A DNA stretch of 64,000 nt from Haliotis cracherodii (taxonomy: Eukaryota), in assembly GCF_022045235.1 (NCBI RefSeq), contig NW_027266286.1, positions 18,600,001 through 18,664,000 of the forward strand, read 5' to 3'. The notes beneath the pieces are model-generated. The model made no database searches. It was not told the DNA's origin and saw only the letters and a program-made list of their open reading frames with translations. Positions within the stretch are counted from its first letter, which is position 1; every line of letters starts with the position of its first letter. Shown here piece after piece: positions 53,216 through 64,000 of this stretch. A program made the translations under genes and the position numbers.

Positions 53216-53750
53216 CATGTACCTTGTACTTAACAACCTGACACCGTCGCCTTGTGTATCAGTGGATATAGCATGTACCTTGTACTTAACAACCTGACAC
53301 CGTCGCCTTGTGTATCAGTGGATATAGCATGTACCTTGTACTTAACAACCTGACACCGTCGCCTTGTGTATCAGTGGATATAGCATGTACCTTGTACTTA
53401 ACAACCTGACACCGTCGCCGTGTATATCAGTGGATATAGCATGTACCTTGTACTTAACAACCTGACACCGTCGCCTTGTGTATCAGTGGATATAGCATGT
53501 ACCTTGTACTTAACAACCTGACACCGTCGCCTTGTGTATCAGTGGATATAGCATGTACCTTGTACTTAACAACCTGACACCTTCGCCTTGTGTGTCAGTG
53601 GATATAGCATGCACCTTGTACATTGCAACCTGACACCGTCGCCTTGTGTATCAGTGGATATAGCATGCACCTTGTACATTGCAACCTGACACCGTCGCCT
53701 TGTGTGTCAGTGGATATAGCATGCACCTTGTACTTTGCAACCTGACACCG
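53198..53750. repeat. 56-bp tandem repeat, ~10 copies, starting in the last codons of the PAN/WSC gene
   Basis: GTGTATCAGTGGATATAG... at 53198, 53254, etc. Confidence 0.95.
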
Positions 53751-53759
53751 TTATATGTA

Positions 53760-54720
53760 ACATTAATACAATATTATCACGTTGCATCTTGTATCAGTGG
53801 ATATAACATATCACCTTGCATCATGTAGTATTGATACAATACTACAAAGTTGCATCATGTATCAATGATACAATATTATCACGTTGCATCTTGTATCAGT
53901 GGATATAATATTATCACGTTTCATGACGTAGCAATGATATAATATGATCTCGTTTCATCATTATCCTGTTGCAATGATATAATATTATCACGTTGCATCA
54001 TATAGCAACGATATAGTATTATCACGTTTCATCATTTAGCAATGATATAGTATGATCTCGTTGCATCGATATCATGTAGCAATGATATAATATTATCACG
54101 TTGCATCATGTTGCAATGATATAATATTATCACGTTTCATCATGTAGCAATAATATGATATGATCTCGTTGCATCGATATCATATAGCAATGATATAATA
54201 TCATCACGTTTCATCATGTAGCAATGGTATAATATTATCATGTTGCATCGATATCGTGTAGCAATGGTATAATATTATCATGTTGCATCGATATCATGTA
54301 GTAATGATATAATATTATCACGTTGCATCATATATTAGCGGATATAACATCAAGTTGCATCATGTAGCAATGATATAATATTATCACGTTTCATCATGTA
54401 GCAATAATATAATATGATCTCGTTGCATCGATATCATGTAGCAATGATATAATATTATCACGTTTCATCATGTAGCAATGATATAATATAATCACGTTGC
54501 ATCATATATTAGGGGATATAACATCACGTTGCATCATGTAGCAATGATATAATATTATCACGTTTCATCATGTAGCAATAATATGATATTATCACGTTGC
54601 ATCATATATTAGGGGATATAACATCACGTTGCATCATATATTAGGGGATATAACATCACGTTGCATCATATATTAGGGGATATAACATCACGTTGCATCA
54701 TGTAGCAATGGATATACCAT
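53760..54720. repeat. Degenerate ~31-41-bp AT-rich minisatellite
   Basis: TAGCAATGATATAATATTATCACGTTGCATCATG-like units. Confidence 0.85.
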
Positions 54721-55205
54721 GTAACGTGTAGTCACATAATGTTCAACTGTCCATTACCTGTCAGGGAAACAATATCTGACAACGTCTTACGTGCCAGTTT
54801 GGTTGCTTAATTTTCCATTGTTATGATATTCAACTGTACTGAATTTGTCAGTGTTATGAAATTCAACTGTACTGAATTTGTCAGTGTTAAGATTTTTAAC
54901 TGTACAGAACTTTTTTACAGAGATTTAATATTCAGTTGTGCAGAACGTGTGACTGGTGTGATAGAAGGGTGTCAGTAGATTGCCAGGGTAACATCGCTGA
55001 ATTGTTATTATCTTAATTGTTATATAATATTTTCTTTACAGACAGTACACATTGTTTTCCCTCTACTGTTATGTTTGTTATGTGACATCGTTGTTTGTCA
55101 TGTGTACTTGAAATTCCTAGGAATGTGACGATAGTACATTTGTTTCAAAGTATCCGGAATTGGTATCGTTTTCAAGATGGGTGTGGTCAACTCACGCTTT
55201 ACGAA

Positions 55206-56010
55206 AACAATCACAGCAAGGGACTATTCTTCCCCACAAGTTAACAATCACAGCAAGGGGCTATTCTTCCCAACGAGTTAACAATCACATCAAGGGGCTA
55301 TTCTTCCCAACGAGTTAACAATCACAGCAAGGGACTATTCTTCCCAACGAGTTAACAATCACAGCAAGGGGCTATTCTTCCCAACGAGTTAACAATCACA
55401 TCAAGGGGCTATTCTTCCCAACGAGTTAACAATCACAGCAAGGGACTATTCTTCCCCACAAGTTAACAATCACAGCAAGGGGCTATTCTTCCCAACGAGT
55501 TAACAATCACATCAAGGGGCTATTCTTCCCAACGAGTTAACAATCACAGCAAGGGACTATTCTTCCCAACGAGTTAACAATCATAGCAAGGGACTATTCT
55601 TCCCAACGAGTTAACAATCACAGCAAGGGGCTATTCTTCCCAACGAGTTAACAATCACAGCAAGGGACTATTCTTCCCAACGAGTTAACAATCACAGCAA
55701 GGGACTATTCTTCCCAACGAGCAAACAATCACAGCAAGGGACTATTCTTCCCCACAAGTTAACAATCACAGCAAGGGGCTATTCTTCCCCACAAGTTAAC
55801 AATCACAGCAAGGGACTATTCTTCCCCACAAGTTAACAATCACTGCGTACTAGGGACTATTTTTCTCCGCACGCTAACAAACACAGGCTACGAGGGATTA
55901 CTCTTCTACACGAGCTAACAATCACAGGGAACTAGGGACTGTTTTTCTCCAGGCGCTGTCAATCACAGGGCACGAGGGTCTATTCTGCCCCATGGGCTAA
56001 CAATCACTGG
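55206..56010. repeat. 37-bp minisatellite, decaying after ~55845
   Basis: Unit AACAATCACAGCAAGGGACTATTCTTCCCAACGAGTT. Confidence 0.93.
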
Positions 56011-56182
56011 GTACTAGGACATGGGAACAATAAAATGCTCTTCTTTGCCATATGTATTTTTGTTGTATTACCTGTTCTTAACACCGTCAGTTATTATCAA
56101 TTGTTCCACAAGCATCGGTGCGGGGTGAGAAGCAATCACCTTTCAACAAACCAATTCATGGTCGCAATTAAGTCCACTTCAA

Positions 56183-56348
56183 AGTGAGTGAGTGAGTTTG
56201 ATTTTACGCCGCTTTTAGCAATATTCCAGCAATATCACGGCGGGTGACACCAGAAATTGGCTTCACACATTGTACCCATGTCGGGAATCGAACCCGTGTC
56301 TTCGGCGTGACGAGCGAACACTTTAACCACTAGGCTACCCCACCGCCC
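56183..56348 (-). mobile_element. SINE family A, no TSD
   Basis: Reverse complement of the family A consensus; right flank duplicates 48601..48787. Confidence 0.85.
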
Positions 56349-57199
56349 GCCAGGAAATGAAACATGCTGGATAAAACGGTTCGTAATGACACACCAGGCA
56401 TGTTAATACAGCAAGGTATGATTTCCGTATCCATTGGAAAGTAATTTATCCTTGATGTTCTGAAAATAACATGGTGGTGACATAGCCAAGTGGTTAAAAT
56501 GCTGGCTCATCATGCAAAATGAACTGGTTCGATTGGCCCAAAACATTCAAAGATACGCCCTCACCCACCAATCTGAATCGCGGAAAGAGGATATCAAACA
56601 TAATGCAGTCATCAAGTGTTTGATACTCATGACTTTCATTTCATTATTTTGATTTATATTATATTTTGTTTTACTTCAGGGGTATATATGTCACGAACTT
56701 CAAATTACGAACACATGTCATTTCACGTCAGGGAGGGGACATGACCCTTCAGGCGTTGCAGAATGTGACTTCTAGAACCAGTTGGCTGGAGTCAGTCGAC
56801 GTAATTGCCACGTTGCCGTCCCGACCTTCACACCCAGTAATTGGTCAGGGAGGAAATAACACAGTTATGCCTGCTAGGGCTTAAGTCGATTATATCATTA
56901 GGTCTGTATTACAACAATCAGGCGACTGTTTGCCTCTGTCTGACCTCTGCACGAGGCACGAACACGACGAAACAACTAGCTGAGATGGCATTAACAACTT
57001 CAAGCGAATCTCTGCCGGTGCCGCGTGTAGAGCAAATTCAATTTGTTTTTGGAACTGAAAGCATATAGTGCTAGAGGTAATCATGAGCACATGGTCACAT
57101 ATGTATACCAGGAACGTGATGACATTACTTGTCCAGTCAAAGTATTGTACACCATGATGACATTACTTACTCGGTTAATGTCACCATACCGTGAACACA

Positions 57200-57700
57200 C
57201 TGCGGGGAGAGACCACATGTTGTACGCCAGGAGCGAGGACATACTGTCAACAAAGACCATATATTGTATTTGCAGCGTGAAGATATTGCAAACCTAGACC
57301 ATATATTGCATCACAGGAGCGTGAACATACTGCAAGCTTAGACCACATATTGTATTAGAAGCGTGAACATACTGCAAGCTTAGATCACATATTGTATTAG
57401 GAACGTGAACATACTGCAAGCTTTGACCACATATTGTAATAGGAACGTGAACACACTGCAAGCTTAGACCACATGTTGTATTAGAAGCGTGAACATAATG
57501 CAAGCTTAGACCACATATTGTGTTAGGAACGTAAACATACTCCAAGCTTAGACCACATATTGTATTAGGAGCGTAAACATACTCCAAGCCAAGACCACAT
57601 ATTGTAATAGGAACGTGAACGCACTGCAAGCTTAGACCACATGTTGTATCCCAGGAACGTGAATATGCTGCAAGCAGAGACAACATATTGTATTAAAAGC
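57200..57700. repeat. 42-bp minisatellite
   Basis: Unit AGCTTAGACCACATATTGTATTAGGAACGTGAACATACTGCA. Confidence 0.9.
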
Positions 57701-58174
57701 GTTAACCCCAAGTTACATTATTTGCTTTCATATATATTTATGTGTTCGCTGTCATTAGTATAGCAGATCTCATCCTGGAATTGCTATACTTATGACACTT
57801 GTCAAATCATGTTTGGATATTATATACTTCTACCACATGTCACCTTGGGCAGAATATCATAAACTTAAAATATACCATTTCCTAATTTCAAACACACCCA
57901 TTCTAGAACAATGACGAGGTCGTAATCCCGACCATCCCTAACTTCTTGTCTATAAATCTCGCAATGTGTCAGAGATAAATACCGAGAATGTATACCAGTC
58001 CGAGGGAGTGTGTTTGTGTATGGACCCAGGTATATGTACTACTGGACAACGCGCAGCTTTGTAGTGAAGACGTAATGTAAACATCTGTACATCCCTGTGA
58101 TATCTGCGAACAGTTAACATATACACCTTGACACTAGCAACGTGTGTATATCACCTGGGTAGCTCTCTCTAGGT

Positions 58175-61100
58175 AATGTGTGATATATACTGCCTGTGGG
58201 TTACTGTGTGATGGATACTGACCGTGGCATACTGTCTTGTAGATACTGCCTGTGGGATGCTGTGGGGTACAGTGTGATATATACTGATTGTGGGATACTG
58301 TGAGTTAGATACTGACTGTGAGATACTGTGGGATAGATACTGACTGTGAGATACTGTGTGATAGATACTGGCTGTGAGATACTGTGTGATAGATACTGCC
58401 TCTGGGATGGTGTTTGATGGATACTGACTTATGATACTGTGTTACAGATAGGGACTGTAAGATACTGTGTGATAGAAACTCACTGTGGGATATTGTGTGA
58501 CAGATACCGACTGTGATATCCTGTGAGATACTGTTTGAAAGACACTGATTTTGAGGTACTGTGTGATAGATACTGCTTGTGAGATATTGTGTTGTAGACA
58601 CTGACTGTGAGATACTGTGTGATAGATACTGACTGTGGGATACCGTGTGATAGATACTGCCTGTGAGATACTGTGTGATAAATACTGCCTTTGAGATACT
58701 GTGTGATAGATACTGCCTATAGGGTACTGTGTGATAGATACCGACTATGGGATACCGTATGAAAGGTACCGCCTGTATGATACTGTGTGATATATACTGC
58801 CTGTGATATACTGTGTGATAGATACTGCCTGTGAGATACTGTGTGATAGTTATTGCCTGTGTGATACTGTGTGGTAGATACTGCCTCTGAGATACTGTGT
58901 GATAGATACTGCCTGTGAGATACTGTGTGATAAATACTGCCTTTGAGATACTGTGTGATAGATACTGCCTATAGGGTACTGTGTGTTAGATACTGCCTGT
59001 GAGATACTGTGTGATAGATACTGACTGTGAGATACTGTGGGCTAGATACTGACTGTGAGATACTGTGTGATAGATACTGCCCCTGGGATGATGTTTGATG
59101 GATACTGACTTATTATACTGTGTTACAGATAGGGACTGTAAGATACTGTGTGATAGAAACTCACTGTGGGATATTGTGTGACAGATACCGACTGTGGGAT
59201 TCTGTGAGATACTGTTTGATAGACACTGCTTTTGAGATACTGTGTTATAGATACTGCCTGTGGGATATTGTGTTGTAGATACTGACTGTGGGATAATGTG
59301 TGATATATACTGACTGTGAGATACTGTGTGATAGATACTGCCAGCGAGATAATGTGTGATAGTTACTGCCTGTGGGATAATGTGTGATAGTTACTGCCAG
59401 TGGGATACTATGTTGTAGATACTGACTGTGAGATACTTTGATATACTGTGTGATACATACTGACCGTGGGATACTGAGTGATAGATACTGAGTGTGGGAT
59501 ACAGTGTGACAGACACTGACGATGAGATATTGTGTGATAGATACTGACTGTGAGATACTGTTTGATACTGACTGTGGAATAATATATTATAGATACTGAC
59601 TGTGGAATGCTGTGTGATAGATAATGACTGTGGGATGCTTTTTATGGATACAGACTGTGAGATATTGTGTGATGGATACTGACTGTGGGATAATTAAGAA
59701 TTGACCTTCACTTTGTGTGAGTTCATTGGAGTATGAACCTTCATAGAGTGAGGGCCAAACTGTATGAACGTCGGGGCTTGCGACCTCAAAGGATATAGGT
59801 CAAGATGTAAACACAATTTTATTTAGTACGTGTGACTTCATGTTTACACTGACAGCCATACAACATCCAGCTATATCGCAGAGTAAAATAGTTCCTCAAA
59901 AAGAGAGTTGACATGGGCGTATGGATGCACAACTTGCTCTTCAGAAACATCTTACGCAGCACATGTGTTCAAATCATATCCTCATTAGATGAGAAAGGTC
60001 TATAAAGAACTACCTCAGTAAGTCAGTCACAATGACAGCGCGTCGTAATACATTTACATCAAGTACAAGACGTCAAAATGGCCGACACGATAAACGTGAC
60101 GGGAGAGATTTCCGAAGGTTGTTAATCAACTGGCCGATCATTGAAAGGTGAATAAAGATGCGTCAAACAGACACTAAGGTAAATTCATAGATTGCTGGAG
60201 ACTGTCAATGTCAGCCTAGGCACGGATCGAGTCGATACTACGATAGTTTAGATGTGCATTTCTTCGTTTATTCATTACGATGGGTCGTAGCGAGGATATT
60301 CGTGAACAATCATGCAGTCACGCTCTCTGACATTTCTCAATGTATACTGAAACGCTGAGACCAAGAATAAAGGTTCTAAATGATCGGAAAGAACGCTTAT
60401 GCATGTTTTCGTGCTAGGGAATTCCCAGGGGTTTCCCAGGGAATGTGGAAGTAGTCCGTCAGTGTTTACGTCATTTCAAGAACACGGCCTCGTGAAAAAC
60501 GTATGAACGTCAAAATTGTGTCGTTCATACACTTATGAACGTCAATTTCGCGGTCATGTGACCGACCTCTCGTCCAATGGAAAAGCCGTATATCGTGTAA
60601 ACTTCAAATTAAAAAATTATTGCGTGATACATACTGACTGTGAGATATACTGTTGTAGATACTGACTGTGGGAAACTGTGTGATAGATTCTGACTGCGAG
60701 ATACTATGGGTACTGTGTGATAGATACTGACTGTAAGATACTGTGTTGTAGATACTGACTGTATGATACTGTGTTGTAGATACTGACTGTATGATACTGT
60801 GTTGTAAATACTGACTGTATGATACTGTGTGATGATACTGACTGTGGGATACTGTGTGATAGATTCTGACTGCGAGATACTATGGGTACTGTGTGATAGA
60901 TACTGACTGTAAGATACTGTGTTGTAGATACTGACTGTGTGATACTGTGTTGTAGATACTGACTGTATGATACTGTGTTGTAGATACTGACTGTATGATA
61001 CTGTGTGATGATACTGACTGTGGGATACTGTGGGATAGATTCAGACTGCGGGATACTATGGGTACTGTGTGATAGATACTGACTGTAAGATACTGTGTTG

Positions 61101-62635
61101 TAGATACTGATTGTATGATACTGTGTGATGATACTGACTGTAAGATACTGTGTTGTAGATACTGATTGTATGATACTGTGTGATGATACTGACTGTAAGA
61201 TACTGTGTTGTAGATACTGACTGTATGATACTGTGTGATAGATACTGACTGTAAGATACTGTGTTGTAGATACTGACTGTATGATACTGTGTGATGATAC
61301 TGACTGTAAGATACTGTGTTGTAAATACTGACTGTATGATACTGTGTGATGATACTGACTGTAAGATAATGTGTTGTAGATACTGACTGTATGATACTGT
61401 GTGATGATACTGACTGTGAGATACTGTGAGATACTGTCTGATAGTTACTGACTGAGATATTGTGTGATAAATACTGACTGTGATATACTGTGTGATAGCT
61501 ACTGCCTGTGGGATACTGTGGGATATATATAGCCTGTGGGATACTGACTGTGAGATAATGTGTGATAGATACTGACTGTGTGATAATATGGACATATAAT
61601 GGATGTGGGATATATTGTGTGATGGACACTACTGGGATATATTGTGTGATTGACCCTAACTGGAATATATTGTGTGATGGACACTAACTGGATATATTGT
61701 GTGATGGACACCGACTGGGATATTCTGTGTGATGGACACTGACTGGAATATATTGTGTGATGGATACTGACTGGGGTATATTGTGTGATGGATACTGATT
61801 TGGATATATTGTGTGATGGATACTGACTGGAGTATGTTGTGTGATGGATACTGACTGGAATATATTGTGTGATGGATACTGCCTGGGATATATTGTGTGA
61901 TGGATACTGATTTGGATATATTGTGTGATGGACACTGACTGGGGTATATTGTGTGATGGATACTGACTGGAATATGTTGTGTGATTGACCCTAACTGGGG
62001 TATATTGTGTGATGGATACTGACTGGGATATATTGTGTGATGGATACTGACTGGGATATATTGTGTGATGGATACTGATTTGGATATATTGTGTGATGGA
62101 TACTGACTGGGATATATTGTGTGATGGACACTGACTGGGGTATATTGTGTGATAGATACTGACTGGAATATATTGTGTGATTGACCCTAACTGGGGTATA
62201 TTGTGTGATGGATACTGACTGGGATATATTGTGTGATGGATACTGATTTGGATATATTGTTCGATGGATACTGACTAAGGTATATTGTGTGATGGATACT
62301 GACTGGGATATATTGTGTGATGGATACTGTCTGGGATATATTGTGTGATTGACCCTATATGGAATATATTGTGTGATGGATACTGTCTGGGATATATTGT
62401 GTGATGGACACTGACTGGGATATATTGTGTGATGGACACTGACTGGGGTATATTGTGTGATGAACACTGACTGGGGTATATTGTGTGATAGACACTGACT
62501 GGGGTATATTGTGTGATGGACACTGACTGGGGTATATTGTGTGATGGACACTGACTGGGATATATTGTGTGATGAACACTGACTGGGATATATTGTGTGA
62601 TGGACACTGACTTTGGTATATTGTGTGATAGATAC
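58175..62635. repeat. ~28-bp minisatellite field, interrupted at 59693..60617
   Basis: GATACTGTGTGATAGATACTGACTGTGA grading to GATATATTGTGTGATGGATACTGACTGG. Confidence 0.93.
59693..60617. mobile_element. 925-bp non-coding insertion at a TA, without true TIRs
   Basis: Removing it restores the repeat unit GGGA-TA-TTGCGTGAT; subterminal TATGAAC(GTC) motifs at both ends. Confidence 0.7.
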
Positions 62636-63478
62636 CAGCAAGAAGACATAATGTGATAGTTTCTGGTGAACGTTGTGAAATACGTCGTGATAGACGCTGT
62701 CTGGCAGACCTCTGTGGTCTTCACCAACTGTCAGTCACTAAACTAATTGCGTGCTTACTGTAACAGATATACTAATCAGACTCTCTTCAGCGCTGCCATC
62801 GGCACCAGGAGCTGGCAGCGACAGCAGCAGAAGAAGCTGGTAGCGGCGACGGCGCGTTGCTACTGTGTTGGGTAACACTGACTGCCGGAATCTACACTCT
62901 GGAGAGGAGACTAGCACCACGCGACAAGGCAGCACCCCCTCTCACATTTAGGCGGCGGCACAGTCAGAATAATGACGATATAGTTAGCACGTGCCTGGAC
63001 AAGCCCCGTGCGTCCTCGTCATGTTGTTCCTGGTTCAAGTGTGCTATGTGTGATATGTGATACCTGGAATGACGAAACTCACAGAGCGAGATTAGAATGA
63101 AGGGATGGGAGACCAATTATGACGTGTAACAATTCTTCCTTGCGTTGAGAATCAAAGAACCACATCCTGGATAGGTCATCAACGTCACCACCCGCCTCCG
63201 ACTACCCCTTCCCCGAGCCCCTCCCCGGGGACGATGCACCACTAAGCAACATGATCTACGGAGCAGTCAGACACCATGTACAACTTGGCGAAACAGCTTC
63301 AGATTGTTTATGTTGCTACATTATCAGTGATTACACAGTTAGCGTTATAAAGCAGTTTATTGACTTAGTCTGATATTCCACACAGGGGAGGTCTTCAGTA
63401 ATAGGATTTATTGCTTGTTTAACAAGGAATTGAGGCCATTCTCTTGGTGGTCCACAACGCACCAACTACAACGACGAC

Positions 63479-63830
63479 ATGTTGACCACACTCGTGCACC
63501 TCCTCAGTGACCACTGGGCAAGCACAGCCGCTCTGATCCTCTTAGCAGTGGTGTTGTTGACATCGTCACGACATGCCAGTCCCCTACCTCCAGGCCCAGC
63601 TCCTATTCCCTTTCTAGGCACCATCAGTCTTCTCGGAGGTGGAGACAAACGAAGGGTTTTTAAGGAGATGAGAGAACGTTACGGGGACGTGTTCAGCTTC
63701 TACATCGGCTCCCGTCTCATCGTCGTCATTAATGGTTTCGATGCTTTGAAGGAGGCCTTCGTGAAACGGGGGGACGTGTTCTCTGACCGCCCTCACGTGT
63801 TCACCGTGGACAAGGTGGGACAAGGCCGAG
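63479..63830 (+). CDS. Cytochrome P450 (clan 2 / CYP2-like), gene B, coding exon 1 (gene continues beyond window)
   Basis: Anchor, 'LPPGPAPIPFLG', 'YGDVFSFYIG..LIVVINGFDALKEAFVKRGDVFSDRP'; donor AG|GTAAGT, phase 1, same position as in gene A. Confidence 0.93.
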
Positions 63831-63959
63831 GTAAGTGACTTACTGTTAATGAAAACCCAAATAGTGGTATTACTATGTCTGATCAATCCATAGCGATCCA
63901 TCACTGGTTAAGGTGAGAGGACGAATTTTGTTTTGCGCTGCAGTAAGAAATAATCAAGC

Positions 63960-64000
63960 TTTATCATCCAAAACTGGCTCCCACGGGAGATATCGCTTGG
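63960..64000 (+). mobile_element. Left end of another copy of hairpin module 2, in P450 gene B intron 1
   Basis: TTTATCATCCAAAACTGGCTCCCACGGGAGATATCGCTTGG vs 31471.. TTTATCATCCAAAACTAGCTCCAACAGGAGATATCGCTTGG (3 differences in 41 nt). Confidence 0.75.

Noticed and set aside
60880-62727. Ser/Thr/Gln/His-rich minus-strand ORFs
   Set aside because: Translations of the 28-bp satellite field

Overview
Eukaryotic, repeat-dense genomic DNA with GT-AG introns; the SINE repertoire suggests a marine invertebrate, probably a mollusc (inference). Three genes are supported, all on the + strand. (1) A complete 4-exon clan-2-type cytochrome P450, join(3547..3880,7547..8068,8684..9124,9678..9853), 490 aa. 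(2) A 3-coding-exon secreted Cys-rich protein (signal peptide, PAN/Apple, Cys-rich linker, WSC-like domain), join(43460..43768,49120..49249,52905..53215), 249 aa. (3) Exon 1 of a second P450 paralogue at 63479..63830. The rest is minisatellite arrays (roughly a third of the window, producing most long ORFs in the track as artefacts), four SINE families, decayed LINEs, two Tc1 elements and a decayed Polinton/Maverick (integrase-chromodomain plus packaging ATPase). The most unusual signal is at 29967..31885: two tandem non-coding modules with unrelated sequence but the same architecture (inverted repeat, body, inverted repeat, ~145-bp hairpin) with TC/TC bubbles in nearly identical registers. 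This suggests a structure-recognised, possibly tyrosine-recombinase (Crypton-like) mobile cassette family; related fragments occur elsewhere in the window.
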